A stretch of DNA of 64,000 nucleotides from Podarcis liolepis (Eukaryota): NCBI GenBank assembly GCA_965112155.1, contig OZ218103.1; one strand, written 5' to 3'. Each line of letters opens with the position of its first letter. The stretch's first letter is position 1. The translations under genes were made by a program, and so were the position numbers. Shown in pieces: positions 1 through 14,446 of the stretch. Below the pieces are notes generated by a model. The model saw nothing but the letters and a program-made list of their open reading frames with translations, had not been told where the DNA came from and made no database searches.

Positions 1-2293
1 CAAATCAACAGCTTTCATGGATCTCTATGGAATGAAATAAACAGGGTGCAATGCAGTTCACAGCTTAGGGGGAGCAAGACCTGTCTCTCTGAATGAAGGC
101 TGAAGTCGTTTGTATGAAGAAGAACAGACATGCTTTTTACTACACAACACCTGTGACCTACTATAGCTGGTGCACACCTCTACCTATATAAGAGTTTCCA
201 CTGAACTGGATGGCACAAAATAAATCTGGATTTCATTCAAGTGAAGTGTAAAATTTGATTCTTGCCTAGTAGCTGCCCCCACCCCAGTGACATAGAAAAG
301 TGCACCCCCTTAACTTCTCCTCTATAGAAGAATGTCTGCCATTCAACCCTCCAGAATTTAGGACATCACTGTGGTGATCGTAGCCTCCCACAATTCCTTG
401 CACTAGCCTCTGCTGAGAGAAGGGAAAGGAAATGAGCTAAGCCATGTGGACAAGAATCAATGAGCTCGAGCGAAGTATTAGGGTTGTGTTCTCCCCTTTC
501 CTCCTACCATGTAGTTGGGAGGACTTCTGTCAAGTTTGATTTCTCTTTTACATGTTACACTTAATGCATGGCATGCAGCTGTGTCTGTTTCTTCTTCTGA
601 AATCTAGTATTTAACCCTTTGAATTTCATTGCTGAAGACACAGTGAAGTATCTCTCCCAGCTGCTGTGGAGTACCTCAAATAAAGTGTCATATTGCAAAT
701 TTATATTAGATCTGCTGCAGGCCTCAAAGCTTTGAAAATCTTTACGCTGATCCTCTGCTTGGATCAATGACATTTGCTGAATAAACAAATCTGATATCAT
801 TTACATTAGCAAACTCATGACCCATTTCTAATAATAAGGAATTTTTCGCTTTTTAGTAATGTAAAATAAAGATCCACATCCATCACTTTTAGAAATAGAT
901 TTCCCTCATCAGTGGCTCACCACCGCTCCAAGAAAAAGCAAAGTATCTTTCATCCCAGTTATACAACAAGGCCCTCTAAAGATTACATGACTGTATTATA
1001 CATATATTATTTGGTAGCACCGTGTCCTTGGGAAGACTTTTACCTGCCTTGATTTATTGCACACTCCCTGATGGTTGGCTGACCACAATTATTATCCCTC
1101 TGCCCTAATCCCTAAAAATATACTTAGTTGAAAAGAGACATGGAATTGCCTTCCAAATTCTCTTCCTGATTTGGCATTGAAGTTAATTAAATTTCTCCTT
1201 GAGAAACAAGAAATTTGGCCTGTTCCCAGAAGAACAGTCAGGTTTTAGAGAAAGCTGTTTCTGCGATAAAAGAATTTTCAGTTATTCATACGTGATGGCT
1301 AAATACAGTTTTCAGAAATATAACTCTTTCCAGCCTTCATCTACTGAATAAAATTAAGCCTCTCAACATAAAACCAAATTTGGGAGAAATCACTTTTCAG
1401 CTCAGTTAAGCTGTTGAGGGTTGTTGCTTGTTTGTTTTTTGGCCTAGAGTTTTGTGCTGCAGTAAATCAGATTTGGAGAACCTCTTCGATTCCAACTTCC
1501 AATATTGTTAGACTCCCAATTTCCATTGGGCTAGTCAGCATGACCAACGGTCAAGAATACTGTTATGTATTTATATTGGTTCTTGTATTGTAAACCACCC
1601 TGTGATCTTAGGATCTGAAGGGTGGTATAGAATTATTTATTTTTATTTTTATTATTAATGGAAGCTGAAATCCAACCACATCTGGAGGGCCATAGCTTCC
1701 CCATCCCTGCTGTAAATTATGCAGCAAAGCTTTTGGAAGCACGTCAGCTCTGGAGTGGCTTAATAACCTTGGTTACAAAAGGATATCATCCCAATGTAAA
1801 GAGACAATTATAGATGGTAACTTCACAGTGCCTAACAAACTGAAGTTCAGTCTTGATTTTTATAGCATCAATAACCAAAACGGATGGTGGCATGCCATGA
1901 AATCGTGTGCTTTACCCTGCTCTTATGATATACCTCCATCCAGGCATTCTTGCAAATGGCATCAAACCAGACCAGACCAGGCCATGGAGACATCTCCTAT
2001 GTGCAAGTGGCTAAATGTGCAAGTGGTTAAATGTTAATCAGGCCTCAGTTTTCTTATTACAAGCAGTTCCCCAAATGAAGAAAGCTTCTTCAGACTACTC
2101 TAGCACTAGATTAGCTAAACAGAAAACAGAAGGACTTCCAAGGAAGGAGTCAGATGATTGCGGAGTGTATCGATTCTGAAAGTTCGGTGGGAGCAACTGT
2201 GAAAGGAAAGAAGCGCTCTCCAAGATGGAATCAGATACTTGTCTAGAGAGCTAATATATTGGGAAGGAAATGTCCATATTACACAGCATTATA

Positions 2294-2382
2294 GACCTTG
2301 AGCTTGTTTGGAGGTTCTAGCAGGGGAGCGCAGCTATCGTATACCCTTGACCGAAGAACGGTACACTCCTTCTTTCTGGGAT
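2294..2382 (-). pseudogene. RN7SK: 7SK snRNA-derived segment (about nt 155-243 of human 7SK), 3'-truncated; 5' part probably hidden in the N gap
   Basis: The minus strand reads ...TCTTCGGTCAAGGGTATACGATAGCTGCGCTCCCCTGCTAGAACCTCCAAACAAGCTCAAGGTC, nearly identical to remembered vertebrate 7SK. No 3' stem or U-tract terminator follows. Confidence 0.88.
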
Positions 2383-2547
2383 NNNNNNNNNNNNNNNNNN
2401 NNNNNNNNNNNNNNNNNNNNNNNNNNNNNNNNNNNNNNNNNNNNNNNNNNNNNNNNNNNNNNNNNNNNNNNNNNNNNNNNNNNNNNNNNNNNNNNNNNNN
2501 NNNNNNNNNNNNNNNNNNNNNNNNNNNNNNNNNNNNNNNNNNNNNNN
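2383..2547. other. Assembly gap or masked segment, 165 N
   Basis: Run of N counted directly. Confidence 0.99.
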
Positions 2548-3553
2548 TACTACTTGAAGGAAGCGTCGATGTCCATATTTTCATATAAACTATCAAGTGG
2601 AACACAGCAGTCTTATGCCAAACAATCCAACATCTATTCCACCACTGCAAGGGTGGACACCTGAAAGGGACTCTCAGGATCTATTTATGGACTCTTCTAT
2701 AGTGCAATGCTATGCACATTTATATGACAACTAAAGTATGTATTCAATGCAGCATTAAGTAACCTCCCATGAGTGTAAGTAATTCCACTTGTGCAACGGG
2801 ACTGTTCTCCTCTTTCTTCCCCCCCCCCCCCTGCATGCCCCCTAAAACTGTTCTGGGGATTTCTCCAACCCTCTGGGGCAGATTTAGGAAGAGTGGTGGC
2901 ACACATGGGGGGAAATGGAAAGACAAGTGTAAATTCTTATGCTGATGAGACAGTTACTTAGCCCTGCACTAGGTACAAGCCTGTGTCGTTATAGATTCAA
3001 CAGGGCTTATTTCCAGATAAGAGCATAAGATTGTAGCCACAGACAGATAAATTAGGAATCTGGATGAATTGTTAAAATATAAAATTCTAAACAGCAATTA
3101 TGAGAACATGACAGATAAAATTTAGAATTAAACAAAGCAAAGATGAATACAACACTAGGAGAACATTCCTAGAAATAGGAATTGAAAGACTTAGGGCATC
3201 TACATTTATTTCATTTTTTACCGGATTGTTTGAACAACAGGATAGCAACCAACTAGTATATCTCATGTAATCCTCTGAATATGCACTAAACTAAGAACTG
3301 GTGACTCTAATCAGCTTCCAGAAATATGAAAACAAAATCCAGAGGATACAGGCTATTGTGGATTTACTAAATGAGAAATTAAAAAGCTTCCCCTGAAGGC
3401 TCTTTGTTCTCTGAGCAATTACCTGATTACTGAAAGTGTGATTATCCTGAACAGACTCATCAATCTCTGTGTGATCTGCCTCAATCACTGCATCTGGATG
3501 AAAGAGAGCACCATGCACTGTGTGAACTAATTAAAATCTAAATTCCACTCTTA

Positions 3554-3730
<177 letters not shown>

Positions 3731-4879
3731 TTAGCAGTGTAACCAGTCTGGTAAGCAACCATTTGCCTGGCTGCCCATGATGAGTAACAATCATCACCAG
3801 GTGGTGAATCAGGAAAACTTTACAAAATATGGTCGTTTTTTTCCTTTTAGCCACCAAGTTCTAATGTTGCTTTGCATAGGTAGGCAGGCATCATGATATA
3901 GTGACAGTGTTGGGATAATATAGTGTTATCGTTTGTGTGTGTAGTGTTAACATAACAATGTTGCTGCTTAATCACTTAAAAAATATGCAACTTCTAGTTA
4001 CTAAGTAGAGCTACTGCTTTGGAAAACAAGAAAATAATGTTAACACTCTTCTTTTTATTTATTTATTTTAAAAGCGTGCCTTTAAATATTTTCTTGTTCT
4101 GCATTAAAAAAGTAAGTTTCGCTCTTTCTGAAAGACCACTTGCTCGTGTATGTTTTAATAGGAAAACAGGTAGCTGCCTTATGTCGAGTCTGATCACCGG
4201 TCCATTAGCAGCCTGTCTGATCACTGGTCTATCTAGCAGCCTGCCACAGCCAGGTGCTAAGTCAGGAAGAAGAGCAGAAATAACTTTCCAAGATCAACAC
4301 CCAGCCTTGTGTCAAAAGGTTAGTAAAATTGTTTTAAGATCTGATCAGTTTGGGGGCTTTACTTGTAACACCTATTTGAGTTTAATAGTCAAAAGGCAAG
4401 AAAGTAAATATTCACAATTCTTTTCCAAAAGAAGGAATTTGGCGTGATAGCAAACAATATACTGGAAGGTTAGGATTGTCAATCCCCAGAAGAGGTTTTA
4501 CTTGCTTAAGGCATTGTTGGAAAAATAATTGCTGCTATCAAGAATGACTCATAAGGCCTCTCAGACTTTGTTCCTCCTGGGGGCCGAAATCTGAGTCGTT
4601 CAGATCCAAAAAAACCCAAGGGAGCCAGCCACATAGACAACAGTTTCAGAGGAATAGTGGGAGAAAACGAGATTAATTTGTAATATTATTTTTCTAGTTC
4701 AGCACTGATGAGCTAGGGAAAAACAAGGAATTAGCTCTCTGTCCAATGTTTGAATCTCATGGAAGCTACTCATGTGTTATAAAATGGTTTACTGGACCCA
4801 CATACAGTACTGTTACTGAAAAACAAAATACTTAAGCAGATACAGAAACAAAATTGAAGCCATGGTTTAGTGGCTACTA

Positions 4880-5017
<138 letters not shown>

Positions 5018-7670
5018 CTATTGTTAATTAAAAATAAAAGCATGCAGTAACTTTCAACTGTGTTCTTAGGTAGAAAAAACCTTTCCTTTTGCATTCTTTA
5101 TTGCCTTTCATTATATTCCAAGGTTTCAAAGAACTGCCTTTATAATCAAATAACCACTAAAGTGTTGTTCGTGATGATTTGTTTAAATAGCTCTTCTCTG
5201 TTTTAAATTATAACATATTCATAGCTAGATGGGATTCTCTTTTTAATTGCAATCAGGAGTAATTACAGTAAGCCTCCAATATATAAAAAAAGGCCATAAT
5301 GATTTCAGGATGGAGGGAACCACTAATGCTCATTTTATTCTCATTTTATGTTAAGCAAGGCATATAGCTCTGACTTCTCTGTTCAACTGATCAGAGCAAC
5401 TTCCTTTGACTTAGTAGTTATACTCCTATCTGACCAGGAAGAGAATCAGAACCAGAGCCTACAAATGCACTGCAGAGGCTCTAGCAGCAAAACTAAACTA
5501 CAGTATTTCTTCCTTTACATTGCAATAATCAGACCACATTACAGAAAGTTTTTATTGGGTGTTCATTGAGACTGCACTGAAGTAAGTGGCCTTAAAAGCT
5601 GCAGTATGATATCCATCTTGATTGAAGGTAAGAACACCAACAGTTTTGCTACAGGCCTTTCGTACCCCCTTTGCATGTGAATCATAGGGGAAGGGCCACA
5701 GCTCTCTGCTTTGCATGCAGTAGGTCCCAGTTTCAAGCCCCAGCATCTCCAGGTAAGCCTGGTAATGCCCTTTGGAGAGCAGCTGCCAGCCAGTGTAGAC
5801 CATATGGAGGTAGATGGACCACTAGTATGAAGGCAGCTTCCTATGTGTTCTACATGTAGAAAGGACTTATGCTACTAAAGTCCACCTCAAGGTTGTGCAG
5901 CTTCCCCTGGCCCCATCCTATGTTAACTGTAGATGCCTGTAGGCGACAGCTTACATGGGTAGACCTCTATGCAAGCTGTTTCTGTGCACAAATCGGTTTC
6001 CCTTGCAGACATCCACACCTAACACATGCATGTTATGGTAGGGCCAAGGACCAAGGTGAACTCACGGCTGGGCCCTGCAGCCCTTTCTATGCATGATGCC
6101 TCTTTCTGCATCCAATTTGTTTTCTAGAGACCGGCGCAAAGTGGCAAACTTAAGTGATAATAATGAAGGGCTGCAGTTCCTAGGTTGCTGGGCAGAAATA
6201 TCTACTCTACCCTTCTCATCAGAAATGAGCTTGTGTCACACTGCCCTGAACCACTGCAGCTTATGCTAGTCAAGTTGCTAATTAGTTTGATATCTGCTAG
6301 TAACGGGAAATTGCCCACTGTGAACAATTTCATTCCCTGCAACCTATTAGACAGTGCACATTATTAAAGCGGATTTCCAGTATAATGTACTGTTTAGGGA
6401 TGGTGGGAATTAGAATATAATGCTGAGAATATAGAATTTAGGTCAAATGTAGTTACTTCAGCAGCTAGCGAGAGTGCTAGTTAAGTAAAAGAGGAAAAAT
6501 AAAAACCTTGGTTGATATATACTTTATTTAACAGTTGCCAACATGACCTTGGTTTTAAAATACACACACAAATATTCTAGATTTATCTTTCTTAATCCTA
6601 GCATGCTGCTTATGGGAATCCTGACCTGACCCAGAATCTCCAAGTCCTTGTTTTATAAATCTCTTAATCTGCCTCCTTGCAAAACCCAAGGTGTAGTGGG
6701 AGTATTAATCTGGGTTTTTTCAGATCAGTAGACCAAGGTGCTGACCACCTTTGCTGGTATTGTGGTGTTGACATAAAGAAGCACCAATTTTGCATAATCT
6801 ATGCAGAGCCTATCTAAAATGTCCTGAAGTGAGCTGGCATATCTTCTCCCGATACCCTTTACTTGTTGCCCATAACATGTAGTTTGAATTTACCTGTAAC
6901 ATGTGGTTTTAATTTATTTGTAACACTGGTTGCACCAGTGTTAGAAACTGAGATATGAAAGCTAGGAGCTAAATGGCACCTTAAACCTAGGTTATGGGTG
7001 CAACAACAGAATGTCTAGGTGCTTTTTTTATAACAAGAATATAAAGCTGAAAATGAATGAACTGCAGCTAAAATATTATGTTCATTTTTCACATGGTCTA
7101 GTCCTTCCCCTGCTCACTCCCCTAATGTTCTTAAGAGGGCTTCTTCTTCAGTTTTCAGAGAGTAGCTAGAAGTGGGGAGGCAGAAAAAGGTCCTCCTTTC
7201 CTTCCAACTCTGCAATTTAAATCTGAAATCTTAGGCACAGTACTATGCCCAGAGCTCAGAAACTGCTTGTGCTAATTTCCCTGTCGCAAAATGCACCTAG
7301 AACAATGGGAGTTTCAAACACTGCTTTGCACCAACCCAAGAAACCAACTAAGGGATTCACTGACCCTGGTCATAAACTTCTCTTATTTATTTTGTATTTT
7401 TAGCTTGCCCATTCTGAAAGCTCAGTGTTACTTTAAAGCAGCTGAATTGTAATACAATGCGAGATGCAATAAAATTGCAATTTAAAAGCATACTGTATCT
7501 AGCACACAGCATTACAACTTCTACAACCAGGAGAAAAGTCATTAAGTGATATCCCACAACCACCAGCAATTTTCAAGTGGTTCACAAAGGGAAAAGTTTG
7601 GGAACCACTGGTCTAGGGCTAAAAACTCCCGTGCCAATCCCTAAAGTGTGAAGACAGTGATGTAATGTTA

Positions 7671-7898
<228 letters not shown>

Positions 7899-9015
7899 TT
7901 AGGAGCCAGCATGTGAAGAGAACGGCAGTTGCTTGAAATCATGAGAAAGGAAAGACGGAATGGGTGGTTAATGCTAAGACAATCGCACTCCTGAGGCATT
8001 AGGAAACAATGAAGCACAGCTGAATACTTCTGCTCCTCTCACATCAACCATACCCCAGTGCCTTGTGCCTATTATGAAAGTCTTTATCATGTGGAGAATT
8101 ATGTTTTTCTCCTACTGCAAAAAATGATGAAGTTGGCAGTTTTGGGAGGGTGGAGGGGATGAGGAAGATGCTGAACAGTGGTTTCAGATGAGCTGAGCGG
8201 CTCACAACGATTAATCCACTCCTTTGGAAAATGCTCATCAGCCTGAAACACTCTCTCAGACTTAGTTCTAGAGAGCATAACAGATGGTTTACGAGGAAAA
8301 TCCTTGAAAGATAAACCTATTTGTTATTACAGGCTTGTCCTTTTTCCTTTCACCCCATTACCGAGGCTTGGGCAAGGGAAAAATAGGCAAAGCAAGCTGA
8401 TAAACACATATTGTGCACCAGGCCCAAATGCAAACCCTGAGACGTTAAAAAAAAACAAACCAAAGTAACTATTTTGTTGGATCAGAGTAGTGATCCATTG
8501 TGGCATCCTTTCTCCAAGGACTGAGCAAAATTCAAGGTGCCACAAAGATGGGGCAAAATAGGGGAGGCTAATGGCAATCCAGGAAAAGCAGCAGCTTTAA
8601 ACACAATTTAAAAAGAGATAGCAAGAAAGCATGATGGATAAATAAGAGAAGGCTGTAGAAAATACATAGAGCAGAATGGCAGAAGAATGGGACAAGGAAG
8701 GAGAGGCGCTGAAAGCAGCAGAGAACATTGGCCCCTGACATTCAATTAGAGAAGACTAAAAAGTTAGGAATGGTGCACATACTACCATCTTCTATAGAAC
8801 TGTACCACCCCCTGGAACGGGCCACTTTTATTTCGAAGGAAAAGCTGCTAGAAAGCCCTAGTCCAAAACAGAAAGATGTTCTGGATCAAGGCCTGCAGCT
8901 GGTTTTTCTTCAAAATAGAAGTAGCCATTTTAAGCACGCTGTTTCAAAAGCATAAATGACATGATTCAGTTTGTGTTAAGATTAAGAATCACTTTGTAAT
9001 TATCTAGATACCTAC

Positions 9016-9181
9016 CTCCTGCAGCAATTTCCACTTCTGTAGAGTCCCTCTCCAAACTTCCAGCACTGCTGACTATGTTCATTAAATGAATGGCCGTCCA
9101 TGCAAAAGGCATGCGATATCTGCCAAGCCTTTGGCAAAATTGTTCTGATTGACTTTTCAGTTTTTCTAGCTTTTCCTTGTT
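9016..9181 (-). CDS. DOCK7: DOCK7 exon 11 ([56 protein letters not shown], 166 nt)
   Basis: Acceptor ctgcag|, donor |gtaggt; conserved DOCK motif RLGxYRMPFAW. Confidence 0.97.
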
Positions 9182-9412
9182 CTGCAGAGGTAAAACCCCA
9201 AAACTTACAAACTTGAAACATTTCTGAATTTTTTCATACTGCCTCTGCTATAAATAAATGCTGGGATTTCAACAGAAGGAAGTACTGTTTCAATAATGTA
9301 TGATTTATTTTTTTTTAAAAAAGAGAAACTTGCAACTGTTTTAAGGGCTACAGAACTATTTTTAAAAAGACACCACCTGCATTTAGGTCCAAACCCATTG
9401 AAAACTGCTTAC

Positions 9413-9493
9413 CTTTGCTGCATCTGCTTCTTTTAAAATCATATATGGCTCTGCACACTCCCCAATATCTCCCTGCTGTAGTACCTTTTCCAG
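9413..9493 (-). CDS. DOCK7: DOCK7 exon 10 ([27 protein letters not shown], 81 nt)
   Basis: Overlaps ORF 9383..9601; acceptor ccacag|, donor |gtaagc. Confidence 0.96.
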
Positions 9494-11012
9494 CTGTGGG
9501 GATGGGAAGTGGGATGGGATTGAAGAAGGAAAGGAAGAGGCAAGCATGATGTTGGAGATACGTACACCACACATATACACAATGTACTGACTAGCCAGCA
9601 CAGTTTAAGCTACCCACCCAGACACCCAATCAGGTAGACTGCCCTTCCTCTGTTGCACCAGCAATATAAACTGCAACTATAAAAGGTAAAGAGAGGCTTC
9701 AGCTATGTATGTGCAAGCAATTTCAACTGCATAGTCAGTGCCCCTGCAGAAGTCACAGAGGACCCCCTGCCTAAAGTTTTGGCTTTGGGGCTTTGATTGG
9801 TTGAGAGCCAAACCAAGGCATTGTTGTTGGATGTGCCATGCTCTGGAACATCTAATTACAAGTGAGACCAGACAAGGGAAGAAGAAGAAGAAGAAAAATG
9901 CAGTGTGGAGTCTTCCTGTTCAGGTTTCCTGCCACTCCATTCCATTCTCCCGACCGAGCAGTTGGCCAGCACTCCGCAGCCACTGAGCATGCTCAATTCT
10001 CATTGGTCCAACCGGCCCCCCCCCCCCCGTTTTTGTACTTCTGCAAACCTTGATATTTTCCCAAAGCCTGCTGATACCCCCACCTACATCTTCTGTGCGG
10101 ATGCTGCCATTGTGGCTACATATAGCTACCCAACTAATTTACTGTTAAATATATGTGGAAATTTAAAAAGGAGACACAGCTAAGCAAGAATTTCTGAAAG
10201 TATTATTACTTTCTTCAAGGAGAATTTTGGGGGAAACGTGCAGGGGAACTGTACATTCTCCATAAATGTTTTATTTAGCTGTCTCTCTCTTAGAGAAAGA
10301 ATCAAGCCTTGAAGCAAGGCAGAGAGTTTATGATGGACAGTTTTACCCAGATTGTTTCTTATCTTTTGGCATTTATATTTCTAAAGATCCTTTTGCACAG
10401 CTCAATTCAAATGTCACCAAGAGAGGTTAATAACATGGCATTCATTTAGAGAGGTTTTCTTATCGCATTGCTGGTGGGGAAACCCAGGCTCTGCTATAAA
10501 CAAGAAAAGTTCACACCCTCATAGATATCCTATGTGGATGAAGCAAGCAAACAAGCTGGAGCAGGAGGCGGGGGGGACGGGGGCGGACAACATTTAGGAA
10601 ACACGCTTGTTCCCAGCAACTAACCATATTCATATATTCATTCACCCTAATCTGATACAATGATATGGCCATGGAAACATGTTTTTGCATGTGCTCCTCT
10701 TGCTGGATCTGGAAATACTTATGCAAAAGGTTGCCGCATGAGCAATGTATAATACTGGATGTCTTCACCTAGCACACAGGCATGTTTCTATGACTCCAAA
10801 AAGCATCAAAACAGATGGTCAGCACCATCAGTTTGGACAATACTGATAATCTGTGAGGAGGTGGAAGGTGCTAAATTCAGCCCAAGTTCTACATCTTCTC
10901 AATTGGGGTGGGTGGGGGTTAAGGTTGGCTTGGAACCAAAGTCCCTCCTCCCACTCTTTCAAAAGCACAAATGGCACTGCCAAGGCTGACAGTTCCAAAC
11001 ATTTGCTAAGTA

Positions 11013-11240
11013 CAGTGGTACCTCGGGTTACAAACACTTCGGGTTACACTTTGGGTTACAAACTCCGCTAACCCAGAAGTAGTACCTCAGGTTGAGAACT
11101 TTGCCCCAGGATGAGAACAGAAATCGCAGGCCGGCGGCAGGGGGAGGCCCCATTAGGGAAAGCGCGCCTCAGGTTAAGAACGGTTTCAGGTTAAGAACGG
11201 ACCTCCAGAACGATTAAGTTCATAACCCGAGGTACCACTG
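11013..11240 (+). mobile_element. Tc1/mariner (Tigger/pogo-like) MITE
   Basis: Perfect 18-bp TIR CAGTGGTACCTCGGGTTA; TA target duplication on both sides. Confidence 0.88.
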
Positions 11241-12318
11241 TATGCAGATCAGCTAACCTCAACATGGTATCCTTCAGATGTTCTGTACTGCAATTCCCAT
11301 TATCCCTAGGAACCAGGGAAATGGGTTGAGGAAGGTAGCATAGGATGTCATAGCTAGTGTGGTTAGGTTTTGGAAGCAGGAAGTTTTCTATAAAATAATT
11401 CTTCTCACACTGCCCAAATCTCATTTGGGCCCAGATTACATTGCAAACAGCCATTTCACAAACTAACTGGCAGGGGAATGATCTAAAAAGGAGCACAATA
11501 TATGACGGCACCTGGCCTGTGACATATGACAAGCTATTTTTCTGGCTTATTTATCTTGCTCATGTCCTTTTCCTTCTCACCGACTAAAAACTTAGCACTA
11601 TTTTCAACAAATGACTGCTAGCTAGGCTCATCTCATTGAGTTTACAAGCATTAATGTGCAAGTGCAAGCTCTTTGAGGTAGATTGCATGGTGTTAATCTT
11701 TTTCTCTTTTCTTGTAAAAATCAACTACTGTGAATATATGCAGATTCTGGCTTCAGAAGGTATGCAATGAGACGTGTGCAAAATTTGAGAACAGAATCTC
11801 CTCTTAACGCTGCTGTCAATGAGGCTTCCCTCTTGCTTCGGCAATTTGGGAAAACGCAACGTGAATCTCAATCTTAACATATTTCCCATGGCATTAGGAA
11901 GCTTTTTTCTTCTTCTTCTTCAAAAATTCTATTGCATAGTGACTATCTTAAGTGCCTCCCGCAGGATAAGGCATTGCTCTATATTGCCCTATCTGCTTTC
12001 AGAGTTCAGTAATGTTACAAGTCTAAGGCAAGAAAGGTCAAAGCAAGAATTGTTTTCAGACAGAGCCTATATCTTAGTATCAAAAACCAAACTTCTGGAG
12101 ATAGAACTCTTCAATTTGAGAATGACTAAATTCAGTCAGCAAAAGGAAATGCCAACACTAAGCAGGGTCATTCTGTAATCTGATTTTCACAGGATTTGTA
12201 GTTTTCCTTTCAGTTTTCCCTATTGAGGAAGGATAAAATAAACACAGTACTAGCAAAATGCAACCAGGTGATATTTGTTGATGTTTGTGTACAGGCATGG
12301 TCCTCACAATAAACGGAT

Positions 12319-12338
12319 TTGTTGTTGTTGTTGTTGTT
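12319..12338. repeat. (TTG)6 microsatellite
   Basis: Direct count. Confidence 0.85.
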
Positions 12339-12358
12339 ATATGGGCACAGAAACTTTA

Positions 12359-12580
<222 letters not shown>

Positions 12581-13302
12581 CTAAAAGAAAATTATAGCTA
12601 ATTACACTGAAATATATCCAAAGGCTTCACCAAATTAAAAAATGTAAAAAAAAATGTTAACGGACATATGTTAATTTCACTTTCATGCCAACTGTGGTTA
12701 GCTTTTAACAGCAGACAAAAAAACCTGGTAGCTAGCTGAATTGTTCATTTCTTAACAGGCTATATAGCTATTTGTCCCAATATGATTTGGGCTTATTTAA
12801 AAATAAACCATCACCACCACCAAAAACAACAACTCTGCAGCCCACCAATGATACCATAGAGAAGTATAACCTTTCAAACAAATAAGCAAGGCAATGGCTT
12901 TGAAACCAATATACTCAAAACAGCATGCACAGCCAGGGATCCACTTCTCCACTCGTCACCCTTTCCTTGGTACATGCTTCATTGCCCTCCACCAAGAATG
13001 ACAAGAGAGCCCCAGACTTCCTCCCTAATTTGGACCTGGATAAGGAGTGGAAAGCATTCCAGTACAGCTTTGCTAATTTGTGATAGCTCAATGCAGCTAC
13101 GGGGAACATCACCATCCCCCCTCTAGAGGCAACCTAGAGAGAAAGATAGGGATAAAGTTTGGTAGCGGGCACCTCAAATGTTTTGATAGCAGAGGTTTTA
13201 GTTATCATGGGGCTTGCCAATTTTCCCTCTCCTTCAGATGATAATTTCCATCTGATCAGAGACCTGATAATCTGAAAATATACTTTAGGGAATTTGGATT
13301 TT

Positions 13303-13303
<1 letters not shown>

Positions 13304-13349
<46 letters not shown>
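13304..13349. repeat. (GA)23 microsatellite
   Basis: Direct count. Confidence 0.97.
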
Positions 13350-13352
<3 letters not shown>

Positions 13353-14278
13353 TCTTTTTTGGCAAGGATGAATGGTCCTGCTCCAACACCCTTCTCACCT
13401 CAGGCCCAAAATAACAGATACTAGCACCCAACAGCTGTCAGGCATGTCAATGAAGCTCTCTCATAAGGAAATATAATTTGGATTGAAGTGGGAACTTTCC
13501 ATCCATAAATCTAGCTTCTTAAAATGATATTGTGTAGTTCCTCTGCACGCGACTGAGGCAGGAGCAAAGAATTGTGGGAGGCAGGCTGAATCTCCTCAGA
13601 TTTTCCCTCCTGCCTTGACAGAGGAGTTTGCTCCCCCCCCCCCCACGTCTCACTGTTCCCCTTATATTCAGTTAAGTTTTCTTTCATTATTTCTCTTTGT
13701 ACTCTTCTTTCTTTGCATTGTGTTACATTGTCTTCATTTGCTTTCACTCTCTTCATGTTTTGTTTTCCTCCACTGAGGCATTTAAAAAACAACAACACAA
13801 GCCCTCCCTCTCCGCTTGCTGCTTCTCATTATTTCTTCACTTCCTTGCTGTTTTAAATTGCTTCCTAAACTTTATTTGGTTTTATTTCATTTATTTTTCT
13901 ATTGAAATAAAAAAAAATATAGAAGTGGAACAAACTCAGGGGCCCATCATGTTTCACTCTCCCTGCTGGAATCAGCTGTTTTTAGTTATGTTCACTGCAT
14001 TTTGCCTATTTGGGCTGATGTACACCACCCTGTGCTCTTTTAAAAAAAGGGCATTCTAGGAATATCCTAAATACTGTAAATAAATAAACAAAATAATCAG
14101 GCAACCTGTAAAATAGTTTACTGTATCCAGCAACCTCCACCATTCTTTACAGGGTTTGCTTTTTATAGTACTTTCAGTTCCTTCTGTTCTGCTTTCTATG
14201 TAATTTTGAATAGCAGGGATGAAAAACGCAGTATTCCAGTGAAGACTTCAAGTGCTTTTAAGCAGAGAGCTGCTGTTA

Positions 14279-14446
<168 letters not shown>

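Noticed and set aside
1828-2037. ORF containing NGWWH..C, superficially like the fibrinogen-domain GGWW motif of nested ANGPTL3
   Set aside because: It lacks the following C...NLNG and the rest of the ANGPTL3 terminal exon; a chance match.
2294-2600. Functional 7SK gene with a TATA-like TTTATAT (~2583-2589, - strand)
   Set aside because: The 3' third, terminal hairpin and oligo-T terminator are missing, the TATA spacing to the inferred start is too long, and no PSE was recognised. Treated as a pseudogene.
2279-2664. Three ORFs spanning the N gap
   Set aside because: They are open only because Ns contain no stop codons.
4188-4243. Imperfect ~27-bp tandem duplication (TCTGATCAC.GGTC.AT.TAGCAGCCTG)
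   Set aside because: Only two copies in an intron; ordinary slippage with no functional hint.
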